Below, in pieces: positions 11,001 to 26,000 of a stretch of DNA of 64,000 bases. Source of the DNA: Eledone cirrhosa (taxonomy: Eukaryota); NCBI GenBank assembly GCA_964016885.1, contig OZ024744.1:41850001-41914000 (forward strand). The letters are read 5' to 3'. The notes beneath the pieces were generated by a model that was given only the letters and a program-made list of their open reading frames with translations, ran no database searches and was not told the origin of the DNA. The stretch's first letter is position 1, and each line of letters opens with the position of its first letter. A program made the translations under genes and the position numbers.

Positions 11001-14000
11001 TCATGACTATTACATAAGGGTAGTAGATAAGTCTCATGAGTATTAGATAAGGGTATTAGATAATTCCCATGAGTATTAGATAAGGGTATTAGATAAGTCT
11101 CATGAGTATTAGATAAGGGTATTAGATAAGTATTATGAGTATTAGATAAGGGTATTAGATAAGTCTCATGAGTATTAGATAAGGGTATTAGATCTGTCGC
11201 ATGAGTATTAGATATGGGTATTAGATAAGTCTCATCAGTATTAGATAAGGGTATTAGATAAGTCTCGTGAGTATTAGATAAGGGTATTAGATAATTTTCA
11301 TGAGTATTAGATAAGGGTATTAGATAAGTCTCATGAGTATTAGATTAGGGTATTAGATAAGTCTCATGAGTATTAGATAAGGGTATTAGATCAATCTCAT
11401 GAGTATTAGATAAGGGTATTAGATAAGTCTCATGACTATTAGATAAGGGTATTAGATAAGTCTCATGAGTATTAGATAAGGGTATTAGATCAGTCTCATG
11501 AGTATTAGATAAGGGTTTTAGATTAGTCACATGAGTATTAGATAAGGGTATTAGATAAGTCTCATGAGTATTAGATTAGGGTATTAGATAAGTCTTATGA
11601 GTATTAGATAAGGGTGTTAGATCAGTCTCATGACTATTAGATAAGGGTATTAGATAAGTCTCATGAGTATTAGATAAGGGTATTAGATCAGTCTCATGCC
11701 TATTAGATAAGGGTTTTAGATCAGGGTTATGAGTATTAGATAGGGGTATTAGATAAGTCTCATGAGTATTAGATAAGGGTATTAGATCAGTCTCATAATC
11801 ATTAGATAAGGGTATTAGATAAGTCTCATGAGTATTAGATAAGGGTATTAGATCAGTCTCATGAGTATTAGATAAGGGTATTAGATCAGTCTATTGACTA
11901 TTAGATAAGGGTATTAGATAAGTCTCATGAGTATTAGATAAGGGTATTAGATAAGTCTCATAAGTATTAGATAAGTCTCATGAGTATTAGATAAGGGTAT
12001 TAGATAAGTCTCATGAGTATTACATAAGGGTATTAGATAAGTCTCATGAGTATTAGATTAGGGTATTAGATAAGTCTCATGAGTATTAGATAAGGGTATT
12101 AGATCAGTCTCATGACTATTAGATAAGGGTAGTAGATAAGTCTCATGAGTATTAGATAGGGGTATTAGATAAGCCTCATGCGTATTAGATAAGGGTTTTA
12201 GATCAGTCTCATGAGTATTAGATAAGGGTATTAGATAAGTCTCATGAGTATTAGATAAGGGTATTAGATCAGTCTTATGAATATTAGATAAGGGTATTAG
12301 ATAAGTCTCACTAATATTAGATAAGGGTATTAGATAAGTCTCACTAATATTAGATAAGGATATTAGATCAGTCTGATGATGAGTATTAGATAATGGTATT
12401 AGATAAGTCCCATGAGTATTAGATAGGGGTATTAGATAAGTCTCATGAGTATTAGATAGGGGTATTAGATCAGTCTCATGAGTATTAGATAAGGGTATTA
12501 GATCAGTCTCATTAGTATTAGATAAGGGTATTAGATAAGTCTCATGAATATTAGATAAGGGTATTAGATCAGTCTCATGAATATTAGATAAGGGTATTAG
12601 ATCAGTCTCATGAGTATTAGCTAAGGGTATTAGATCAGTCTCATGAATATTAGATAAGGGTATTAGATAAGTCTAATGAATATTAGATAAGGGTATTAGA
12701 TCAGTCTCATGAGTATTAGATAAGGGTATTAGATCAGTCTCATGAGCATTAGATGAGGGTATTAGATCAATCTCATGAGTATTAGATAAGGGTATAGGAT
12801 AAGTCTCATGAGTATTAGATAAGGGTATTAGATAAGTCTCATGAGTATTAGATAAGGGTATTAGATCAGTCTCATGACTATTAGATAAGGGTGTTAGATC
12901 AGTCTCATGACTATAAGATAAGGGTATTAGATAAGTCTCATGAGTATTAGATAAGGGTATTAGATAAGTCTCATGAGTATTAGATAAGGGTATTAGATAA
13001 GTCTCATGAGTATTAGATAAGGGTATTAGATAAGTCTCATGAGTATTAGATAAGGGTATTAGATAAGTCTCATGAGTATTAGATAAGGGTATTAGATAAG
13101 TCTCAAGCGTATTAGATAAGGGTATTAGATCAGTCTCATAATCATTAGATAAGGCTATTAGATCAGTCTCATGAATATTAGATAAGGGTATTAGATCAGT
13201 CTATTGACTATTAGATAAGGGTATTAGATAAGTCTCATGAGTATTAGATAAGGGTATTAGATAAGTCTCATAAGTATTAGATAAGGGTTTTAGATAAGTC
13301 TCATGAGTATTAGATAAGGGTATTAGATAAGTCTCGTGAGTATTACATAAGGGTATTAGATAAGTCTCATGAGTATTAGATTAGGGTATTAGATAAGTCT
13401 TATGAGTATTAGATAAGGGTGTTAGATCAGTCTCATGACTATTAGATAAGGGTATTAGATAAGTCTCATGAGTATTAGATAAGGGTATTAGATCAGTCTC
13501 ATGCCTATTAGATAAGGGTTTTAGATCAGTGTTATGAGTATTAGATAGGGGTATTAGATAAGTCTCATGAGTATTAGATAAGGGTATTAGATCAGTCTCA
13601 TGAGTATTAGATAAGGGTATTAGATCAGTCTATTGACTATTAGATAAGGGTATTAGATAAGTCTCATGAGTATTAGATAAGGGTATTAGATAAGTCTCAT
13701 AAGTATTAGATAAGGGTATTAGATAAGTCTCATGAGTATTAGATAAGGGTATTAGATAAGTCTCATGAGTATTACATAAGGGTATTAGATAAGTCTCATG
13801 AGTATTAGATTAGGGTATTAGATAAGTCTCATGAGTATTAGATAAGGGTATTAGATCAGTCTCATGACTATTAGATAAGGGTAGTAGATAAGTCTCATGA
13901 GTATTAGATAGGGGTATTAGATAAGCCTCATGCGTATTAGATAAGGGTTTTAGATCAGTCTCATGAGTATTAGATAAGGGTATTAGATAAGTCTCATGAG

Positions 14001-17000
14001 TATTAGATAAGGGTATTAGATCAGTCTTATGAATATTAGATAAGGGTATTAGATAAGTCTCACTAATATTAGATAAGGATATTAGATCAGTCTGATGATG
14101 AGTATTAGATAATGGTATTAGATAAGTCCCATGAGTATTAGATAGGGGTATTAGATAAGTCTCATGAGTATTAGATAGGGGTATTAGATCAGTCTCATGA
14201 GTATTAAATAAGGGTATTAGATCAGTCTCATTAGTATTAGATAAGGGTATTAGATAAGTCTCATGAATATTAGATAAGGGTATTAGATCAGTCTCATGAA
14301 TATTAGATAAGGGTATTAGATCAGTCTCATGAGTATTAGCTAAGGGTATTAGATCAGTCTCATGAATATTAAATAAGGGTATTAGATAAGTCTAATGAAT
14401 ATTAGATAAGGGTAATAGATCAGTCTCATGAGTATTAGATAAGGGTATTAGATCAGTCTCATGAGCATTAGATAAGGGTATTAGATCAATCTCATGAGTA
14501 TTAGATAAGGGTATAGGATAAGTCTCATGACTATTAGATAAGGGTATTACATAAGTCTCATGAGTATTAGATTAGGGTATTAGATAAGTCTCATGAGTAT
14601 TAGATAAGGGTATTAGATCAGTCTCATGACTATTAGATGAGGGTGTTAGATCAGTGTCATGACTATAAGATAAGGGTATTAGATAAGTCTCATGAGTATT
14701 AGATAAGGGTATTAGATAAGTCTCATGAGTATTAGATAAGGGTATTAGATAAGTCTCATGAGTATTAGATAAGGGTATTAGATAAGTCTCATGAGTATTA
14801 GATAAGGGTATTAGATAAGTCTCATGAGTATTAGATAAGGGTATTAGATAAGTCTCAAGCGTATTAGATAAGGGTATTAGATCAGTCTCATAATCATTAG
14901 ATAAGGGTATTAGATCAGTCTCATGAATATTAGATAAGGGTATTAGATCAGTCTATTGACTATTAGATAAGGGTATTAGATAAGTCTCATGAGTATTAGA
15001 TAAGGGTATTAGATAAGTCTCATAAGTATTAGATAAGGGTATTAGATAAGTCTCATGAGTATTAGATAAGGGTATTAGATAAGTCTCGTGAGTATTACAT
15101 AAGGGTATTAGATAAGTCTCATGAGTATTAGATTAGGGTATTAGATAAGTCTTATGAGTATTAGATAAGGGTGTTAGATCAGTCTCATGACTATTAGATA
15201 AGGGTATTAGATAAGTCTCATGAGTATTAGATAAGGGTATTAGATCAGTCTCATGCCTATTAGATAAGGGTTTTAGATCAGTGTTATGAGTATTAGATAG
15301 GGATATTAGATAAGTCTCATGAGTATTAGATAAGGGTATTAGATCAGCCTCATAATCATTAGATAAGGGTATTAGATAAGTCTCATGAGTATTAGATAAG
15401 GGTATTAGATCAGTCTCATGAGTATTAGATAAGGGTATTAGATCAGTCTATTGACTATTAGATAAGGGTATTAGATAAGTCTCATGAGTATTAGATAAGG
15501 GTATTAGATAAGTCTCATAAGTATTAGATAAGGGTATTAGATAAGTCTCATGAGTATTAGATAAGGGTATTAGATAAGTCTCATGAGTATTACATAAGGG
15601 TATTAGATAAGTCTCATGAGTATTAGATTAGGGTATTAGATAAGTCTCATGAGTATTAGATAAGGGTATTAGATCAGTCTCATGACTATTAGATAAGGGT
15701 AGTAGATAAGTCTCATGAGTATTAGATAGGGGTATTAGATAAGCCTCATGCGTATTAGATAAGGGTTTTAGATCAGTCTCATGAGTATTAGATAAGGGTA
15801 TTAGATAAGTCTCATGAGTATTAGATAAGGGTATTAGATCAGTCTTATGAATATTAGATAAGGGTATTAGATAAGTCTCACTAATATTAGATAAGGGTAT
15901 TAGATAAGTCTCACTAATATTAGATAAGGATATTAGATCAGTCTGATGATGAGTATTAGATAATGGTATTAGATAAGTCCCATGAGTATTAGATAGGGGT
16001 ATTAGATAAGTCTCATGAGTATTAGATAGGGGTATTAGATCAGTCTCATGAGTATTAGATAAGGGTATTAGATCAGTCTCATTAGTATTAGATAAGGGTA
16101 TTAGATAAGTCTCATGAATATTAGATAAGGGTATTAGATCAGTCTCATGAATATTAGATAAGGGTATTAGATCAGTCTCATGAGTATTAGCTAAGGGTAT
16201 TAGATCAGTCTCATGAATATTAGATAAGGGTATTAGATAAGTCTAATGAATATTAGATAAGGGTATTAGATCAGTCTCATGAGTATTAGATAAGGGTATT
16301 AGATCAGTCTCATGAGCATTAGATAAGGGTATTAGATCAATCTCATGAGTATTAGATAAGGGTATAGGATAAGTCTCATGACTATTAGATAAGGGTATTA
16401 CATAAGTCTCATGAGTATTAGATTAGGGTATTAGATAAGTCTCATGAGTATTAGATAAGGGTATTAGATCAGTCTCATGACTATTAGATAAGGGTGTTAG
16501 ATCAGTCTCATGACTATAAGATAAGGGTATTAGATAAGTCTCATGAGTATTAGATAAGGGTATTAGATAAGTCTCATGAGTATTAGATAAGGGTATTAGA
16601 TAAGTCTCATGAGTATTAGATAAGGGTATTAGATAAGTCTCATGAGTATTAGATAAGGGTATTAGATAAGTCTCATGAGTATTAGATAAGGGTATTAGAT
16701 AAGTCTCAAGCGTATTAGATAAGGGTATTAGATCAGTCTCATAATCATTAGATAAGGGTATTAGATCAGTCTCATGAATATTAGATAAGGGTGTTAGATC
16801 AGTCTATTGACTATTAGATAAGGGTACTAGATAAGTCTCATGAGTATTAGATAAGGGTATTAGATAAGTCTCATAAGTATTAGATAAGGGTATTAGATAA
16901 GTCTCATGAGTATTAGATAAGGGTATTAGATAAGTCTCATGAGTATTAGATTAGGGTATTAGATACGTCTTATGAGTATTAGATAAGGGTGTTAGATCAG

Positions 17001-20000
17001 TCTCATGACTATTAGATAAGGGTATTAGATAAGTCTCATGAGTATTAGATAAGGGTATTAGATCAGTCTCATGCCTATTAGATAAGGGTTTTAGATCAGT
17101 GTTATGAGTATTAGATAGGGGTATTAGATAAGTCTCATGAGTATTAGATAAGGGTATTAGATCAGTCTCATAATCATTAGATAAGGGTATTAGATAAGTC
17201 TCATGAGTATTAGATAAGGGTATTAGATCAGTCTCATGAGTATTAGATAAGGGTATTAGATCAGTCTATTGACTATTAGATAAGGGTATTAGATAAGTCT
17301 CATGAGTATTAGATAAGGGTATTAGATAAGGGTATTAGATAAGTCTCATGAGTATTAGATAAGGGTATTAGATAAGTCTCATGAGTATTACATAAGGGTA
17401 TTAGATAAGTCTCATGAGTATTAGATTAGGGTATTAGATAAGTCTCATGAGTATTAGATAAGGGTATTAGATCAGTCTCATGACTATTAGATAAGGGTAG
17501 TAGATAAGTCTCATGAGTATTAGATAAGGGTAGTAGATAAGTCTCATGAGTATTAGATAGGGGTATTAGATAAGCCTCATGCGTATTAGATAAGGGTTTT
17601 AGATCAGTCTCATGAGTATTAGATAAGGGTATTAGATAAGTCTCATGAGTATTAGATAAGGGTATTAGATCAGTCTTATGAATATTAGATAAGGGTATTA
17701 GATAAGTCTCACTAATATTAGATAAGGGTATTGGATAAGTCTCACTAATATTAGATAAGGATATTAGATCAGTCTGATGATGAGTATTAGATAATGGTAT
17801 TAGATAAGTCCCATGAGTATTAGATAGGGGTATTAGATAAGTCTCATGAGTATTAGATAGGGGTAATAGATCAGTCTCATGAGTATTAGATAAGGGTATT
17901 AGATCAGTCTCATTAGTATTAGATAAGGGTATTAGATAAGTCTCATGAATATTAGATAAGGGTATTAGATCAGTCTCATGAATATTAGATAAGGGTATTA
18001 GATCAGTCTCATGAGTATTAGCTAAGGGTATTAGATCAGTCTCATGAATATTAGATAAGGGTATTAGATAAGTCTAATGAATATTAGATAAGGGTATTAG
18101 ATCAGTCTCATGAGTATTAGATAAGGGTATTAGATCAGTCTCATGAGCATTAGATAAGGGTATTAGATCAATCTCATGACTAATAGATAAGGGTATAGGA
18201 TAAGTCTCATGACTATTAGATAAGGGTATTAGATAAGTCTCATGAGTATTAGATTAGGGTATTAGATAAGTCTCATGAGTATTAGATAAGGGTATTAGAT
18301 CAGTCTCATGACTATTAGATAAGGGTGTTAGATCAGTCTCATGACTATAAGATAAGGGTATTAGATAAGTCTCATGAGTATTAGATAAGGGTATTAGATA
18401 AGTCTCATGAGTATTAGATAAGGGTATTAGATAAGTCTCATGAGTATTAGATAAGGGTATTAGATAAGTCTCATGAGTATTAGATAAGGGTATTAGATAA
18501 GTCTCATGAGTATTAGATAAGGGTATTAGATAAGTCTCAAGCGTATTAGATAAGGGTATTAGATCAGTCTCATAATCATTAGATAAGGGTATTAGATCAG
18601 TCTCATGAATATTAGATAAGGGTATTAGATCAGTCTATTGACTATTAGATAAGGGTATTAGATAAGTCTCATGAGTATTAGATAAGGGTATTAGATAAGT
18701 CTCATAAGTATTAGATAAGGGTATTAGATAAGTCTCATGAGTATTAGATAAGGGTATTAGATAAGTCTCGTGAGTATTACATAAGGGTATTAGATAAGTC
18801 ACATGAGTATTAGATTAGGGTATTAGATAAGTCTCATGAGTATTAGATAAGGGTATTAGATCAGTCTCATGACTATTAGATAAGGGTAGTAGATAAGTCT
18901 CATGAGTATTAGATAAGGGTATTAGATAAGTCTCATGCGTATTAGATAAGGGTTTTAGATCAGTCTCATGAGTATTAGATAAGGGTATTAGATAAGTCTC
19001 ATGAGTATTAGATAAGGGTATTAGATCAGTCTGATGAGTATTAGATAAGGGTATTAGATAAGTCTCATGAGTATTAGATAAGGGTATTAGATCAGTCTTA
19101 TGAGTATTAGATAAGGGTATTAGATAAGTCTCATGACTATTAGATAAGGGTATTAGATCAGTCTCATGACTATTAGATAAGGGTGTTAGATCAGTCTCAT
19201 GACTATAAGATAAGGGTATTAGATCAGTCTCATGACTATTAGATAAGGGTAGTAGATAAGTCTCATGAGTATTAGATAAGGGTATTAGATAAGTCTCATG
19301 CGTATTAGATAAGGGTTTTAGATCAGTCTCATGAGTATTAGATAAGGGTATTAGATAAGTCTCATGAGTATTAGATAAGGGTATTAGATCAGTCTGATGA
19401 GTATTAGATAAGGGTATTAGATAAGTCTCATGAGTATTAGATAAGGGTATTAGATCAGTCTTATGAGTATTAGATAAGGGTATTAGATAAGTCTCATGAC
19501 TATTAGATAAGGGTATTAGATCAGTCTCATGACTATTAGATAAGGGTGTTAGATCAGTCTCATGACTATAAGATAAGGGTATTAGTTAAGTCTCATGAGT
19601 ATTAGATAAGGGTATTAGATAACTCTCATGAGTATTAGATAAGGGTGTTAGATCAGTGTCATGACTATAAGATAAGGGTATTAGATAAGTCTCATGAGTA
19701 TTAGATAAGGGTATTAGATAAGTCTCATGAGTATTAGATAAGGGTATTAGATAAGTCTCATGAGTATTAGATAAGGGTATTAGATAAGTCTCATGAGTAT
19801 TAGATAAGGGTATTAGATAAGTCTCATGAGTATTAGATAAGGGTATTAGATAAGTCTCAAGCGTATTAGATAAGGGTATTAGATCAGTCTCATAATCATT
19901 AGATAAGGGTATTAGATCAGTCTCATGAATATTAGATAAGGGTATTAGATCAGTCTATTGACTATTAGATAAGGGTATTAGATAAGTCTCATGAGTATTA

Positions 20001-23000
20001 GATAAGGGTATTAGATAAGTCTCATAAGTATTAGATAAGGGTATTAGATAAGTCTCATGAGTATTAGATAAGGGTATTAGATAAGTCTCGTGAGTATTAC
20101 ATAAGGGTATTAGATAAGTCTCATGAGTATTAGATTAGGGTATTAGATAAGTCTTATGAGTATTAGATAAGGGTGTTAGATCAGTCTCATGACTATTAGA
20201 TAAGGGTATTAGATAAGTCTCATGAGTATTAGATAAGGGTATTAGATCAGTCTCATGCCTATTAGATAAGGGTTTTAGATCAGTGTTATGAGTATTAGAT
20301 AGGGATATTAGATAAGTCTCATGAGTATTAGATAAGGGTATTAGATCAGCCTCATAATCATTAGATAAGGGTATTAGATAAGTCTCATGAGTATTAGATA
20401 AGGGTATTAGATCAGTCTCATGAGTATTAGATAAGGGTATTAGATCAGTCTATTGACTATTAGATAAGGGTATTAGATAAGTCTCATGAGTATTAGATAA
20501 GGGTATTAGATAAGTCTCATAAGTATTAGATAAGGGTATTAGATAAGTCTCATGAGTATTAGATAAGGGTATTAGATAAGTCTCATGAGTATTACATAAG
20601 GGTATTAGATAAGTCTCATGAGTATTAGATTAGGGTATTAGATAAGTCTCATGAGTATTAGATAAGGGTATTAGATCAGTCTCATGACTATTAGATAAGG
20701 GTAGTAGATAAGTCTCATGAGTATTAGATAGGGGTATTAGATAAGCCTCATGCGTATTAGATAAGGGTTTTAGATCAGTCTCATGAGTATTAGATAAGGG
20801 TATTAGATAAGTCTCATGAGTATTAGATAAGGGTATTAGATCAGTCTTATGAATATTAGATAAGGGTATTAGATAAGTCTCACAAATATTAGATAAGGGT
20901 ATTAGATAAGTCTCACTAATATTAGATAAGGATATTAGATCAGTCTGATGATGAGTATTAGATAATGGTATTAGATAAGTCCCATGAGTATTAGATAGGG
21001 GTATTAGATAAGTCTCATGAGTATTAGATAGGGGTATTAGATCAGTCTCATGAGTATTAGATAAGGGTATTAGATCAGTCTCATTAGTATTAGATAAGGG
21101 TATTAGATCAGTCTCATGAATATTAGATAAGGGTATTAGATCAGTCTCATGAGTATTAGCTAAGGGTATTAGATCAGTCTCATGAATATTAGATAAGGGT
21201 ATTAGATAAGTCTAATGAATATTAGATAAGGGTATTAGATCAGTCTCATGAGTATTAGATAAGGGTATTAGATCAGTCTCATGAGCATTAGATAAGGGTA
21301 TTAGATCAATCTCATGAGTATTAGATAAGGGTATAGGATAAGTCTCATGACTATTAGATAAGGGTATTACATAAGTCTCATGAGTATTAGATTAGGGTAT
21401 TAGATAAGTCTCATGAGTATTAGATAAGGGTATTAGATCAGTCTCATGACTATTAGATAAGGGTGTTAGATCAGTCTCATGACTATAAGATAAGGGTATT
21501 AGATAAGTCTCATGAGTATTAGATAAGGGTATTAGATAAGTCTCATGAGTATTAGATAAGGGTATTAGATAAGTCTCATGAGTATTAGATAAGGGTATTA
21601 GATAAGTCTCATGAGTATTAGATAAGGGTATTAGATAAGTCTCAAGCGTATTAGATAAGGGTATTAGATCAGTCTCATAATCATTAGATAAGGGTATTAG
21701 ATCAGTCTCATGAATATTAGATAAGGGTGTTAGATCAGTCTATTGACTATTAGATAAGGGTACTAGATAAGTCTCATGAGTATTAGATAAGGGTATTAGA
21801 TAAGTCTCATAAGTATTAGATAAGGGTATTAGATAAGTCTCATGAGTATTAGATAAGGGTATTAGATAAGTCTCATGAGTATTAGATTAGGGTATTAGAT
21901 ACGTCTTATGAGTATTAGATAAGGGTGTTAGATCAGTCTCATGACTATTAGATAAGGGTATTAGATAAGTCTCATGACTATTAGATAAGGGTATTAGATC
22001 AGTCTCATGCCTATTAGATAAGGGTTTTAGATCAGTGTTATGAGTATTAGATAGGGGTATTAGATAAGTCTCATGAGTATTAGATAAGGGTATTAGATCA
22101 GTCTCATAATCATTAGATAAGGGTATTAGATAAGTCTCATGAGTATTAGATAAGGGTATTAGATCAGTCTCATGAGTATTAGATAAGGGTATTAGATCAG
22201 TCTATTGACTATTAGATAAGGGTATTAGATAAGTCTCATGAGTATTAGATAAGGGTATTAGATAAGTCTCATGAGTATTACATAAGGGTATTAGATAAGT
22301 CTCATGAGTATTAGATTAGGGTATTAGATAAGTCTCATGAGTATTAGATAAGGGTATTAGATCAGTCTCATGACTATTAGATAAGGGTAGTAGATAAGTC
22401 TCATGAGTATTAGATAGGTATTAGATAAGCCTCATGCGTATTAGATAAGGGTTTTAGATCAGTCTCATGAGTATTAGATAAGGGTATTAGATAAGTCTCA
22501 TGAGTATTAGATAAGGGTATTAGATCAGTCTTATGAATATTAGATAAGGGTATTAGATAAGTCTCACTAATATTAGATAAGGGTATTGGATAAGTCTCAC
22601 TAATATTAGATAAGGATATTAGATCAGTCTGATGATGAGTATTAGATAATGGTATTAGATAAGTCCCATGAGTATTAGATAGGGGTATTAGATAAGTCTC
22701 ATGAGTATTAGATAGGGGTATTAGATCAGTCTCATGAGTATTAGATAAGGGTATTAGATCAGTCTCATTAGTATTAGATAAGGGTATTAGATAAGTCTCA
22801 TGAATATTAGATAAGGGTATTAGATCAGTCTCATGAATATTAGATAAGGGTATTAGATCAGTCTCATGAGTATTAGCTAAGGGTATTAGATCAGTCTCAT
22901 GAATATTAGATAAGGGTATTAGATAAGTCTAATGAATATTAGATAAGGGTATTAGATCAGTCTCATGAGCATTAGATAAGGGTATTAGATCAATCTCATG

Positions 23001-26000
23001 ACTAATAGATAAGGGTATAGGATAAGTCTCATGACTATTAGATAAGGGTATTAGATAAGTCTCATGAGTATTAGATTAGGGTATTAGATAAGTCTCATGA
23101 GTATTAGATAAGGGTATTAGATCAGTCTCATGACTATTAGATAAGGGTGTTAGATCAGTCTCATGACTATAAGATAAGGGTATTAGATAAGTCTCATGAG
23201 TATTAGATAAGGGTATTAGATAAGTCTCATGAGTATTAGATAAGGGTATTAGATAAGTCTCATGAGTATTAGATAAGGGTATTAGATAAGTCTCATGAGT
23301 ATTAGATAAGGGTATTAGATAAGTCTCAAGCGTATTAGATAAGGGTATTAGATCAGTCTCATAATCATTAGATAAGGGTATTAGATCAGTCTCATGAATA
23401 TTAGATAAGGGTATTAGATCAGTCTATTGACTATTAGATAAGGGTATTAGATAAGTCTCATGAGTATTAGATAAGGGTATTAGATAAGTCTCATAAGTAT
23501 TAGATAAGGGTATTAGATAAGTCTCATGAGTATTAGATAAGGGTATTAGATAAGTCTCGTGAGTATTACATAAGGGTATTATATAAGTCACATGAGTATT
23601 AGATTAGGGTATTAGATAAGTCTCATGAGTATTAGATAAGGGTATTAGATCAGTCTCATGAGTATTAGATAAGGGTATTAGATAAGTCTCATGAGTATTA
23701 GATAAGGGTATTAGATAAGTCTCAAGCGTATTAGATAAGGGTATTAGATCAGTCTCATAATCATTAGATAAGGGTATTAGATCAGTCTCATGAATATTAG
23801 ATAAGGGTATTAGATCAGTCTATTGACTATTAGATAAGGGTATTAGATAAGTCTCATGAGTATTAGATAAGGGTATTAGATAAGTCTCATAAGTATTAGA
23901 TAAGGGTATTAGATAAGTCTCATGAGTATTAGATAAGGGTATTAGATAAGTCTCGTGAGTATTACATAAGGGTATTATATAAGTCACATGAGTATTAGAT
24001 TAGGGTATTAGATAAGTCTCATGAGTATTAGATAAGGGTATTAGATCAGTCTCATGACTATTAGATAAGGGTAGTAGATAAGTCTCATGAGTATTAGATA
24101 AGGGTATTAGATAAGTCTCATGCGTATTAGATAAGGGTTTTAGATCAGTCTCATGAGTATTAGATAAGGGTATTAGATAAGTCTCATGAGTATTAGATAA
24201 GGGTATTAGATCAGTCTGATGAGTATTAGATAAGGGTATTAGATAAGTCTCATGAGTATTAGATAAGGGTATTAGATCAGTCTTATGAGTATTAGATAAG
24301 GGTATTAGATAAGTCTCATGACTATTAGATAAGGGTATTAGATCAGTCTCATGACTATTAGATAAGGGTGTTAGATCAGTCTCATGACTATAAGATAAGG
24401 GTATTAGATAAGTCTCATGAGTATTAGATAAGGGTATTAGATAAGTCTCATGAGTATTAGATAAGGGTATTAGATAAGTCTCATGAGTATTAGATAAGGG
24501 TATTAGATAAGTCTCATGAGTATTAGATAAGGGTATTAGATAAGTCTCAAGCGTATTAGATAAGGGTATTAGATCAGTCTCATAATCATTAGATAAGGGT
24601 ATTAGATCAGTCTCATGAATATTAGATAAGGGTGTTAGATCAGTCTATTGACTATTAGATAAGGGTACTAGATAAGTCTCATGAGTATTAGATAAGGGTA
24701 TTAGATAAGTCTCATAAGTATTAGATAAGGGTATTAGATAAGTCTCATGAGTATTAGATAAGGGTATTAGATAAGTCTCATGAGTATTAGATTAGGGTAT
24801 TAGATACGTCTTATGAGTATTAGATAAGGGTGTTAGATCAGTCTCATGACTATTAGATAAGGGTATTAGATAAGTCTCATGAGTATTAGATTAGGGTATT
24901 AGATAAGTCTCATGAGTATTAGATAAGGGTATTAGATCAGACTCATGAATATTAGATAAGGGTATTAGATAAGGGTATTAGATAATAGTATTAGATTAGT
25001 TTCATGAGTATTAGATAAGGGTATTAGAGAAGTCTCATGAGTATTAGATAAGGGTATTAGATCAGTCTCATGAGTATTAGATAAGGGTATTAGATAAGGG
25101 TATGAGATAAGAGTATTAGATAAGCCTCATGAATATTAGATAAGGGTATTAGATCAGTCTCATGAGCATTAGATAAGGGTATTAGATCAATCTCATGAGT
25201 ATTAGATAAGGGTATTAGATACGTCTCATGAATATTAGATAAGGGTATTAGATCAGTCTCATGAGTAATCGATGAGTGTATTAGATAAATCTCATGAGTA
25301 TCAGATAAGCGTATTAGATAAGTCTCAAGAGTATTAGATTAGGGTATTAGATAAGTCTTATGAGTATTAGATGAGGGTATTAGATAAATCACATGAGTAT
25401 AAGATAAGGGTATTAGACTAGTCTGATGAGTATTAGATAAGGGTAGTAGATCAGTCTCATGAGTATTAGATAAGTCTCATGAGTATTAGATAAGGGTATT
25501 AGATGAGTCTCATGTGTATTAGATAAGACTATTAGATCAGTCTCATGAGAATTAGATAAGGGTATTAGATAATTCCCATGAGTATTAGATAAGGGTAGTA
25601 GATAAGTCTCATGAGTATTAGATAAGGGTATTAGATAAGTCTCATGAGTATTATATGAGGGTATTAGATTAATCTCATGAGTATTAGATTAGGGTATTAG
25701 ATAAGTCTCATGAGTATTAATTAAGGGTATTAGATAAGTCTCATGACTATTACATAAGGGTAGTAGATAAGTCTCATGAGTATTAGATAAGGGTATTAGA
25801 TAATTCCCATGAGTATTAGATAAGGGTATTAGATAAGTGTCATGAGTATTAGATAAGGGTATTAGATAAGTCTCATGAGTATTAGATAAGGGTATTAGAT
25901 AAGTCTCATGAGTATTAGATAAGGGTATTAGATAAGTCTCATAAGTATTAGATAAGGGTATTAGATAAGTCTCATGAGTATTAGATAAGGGTATTAGATA

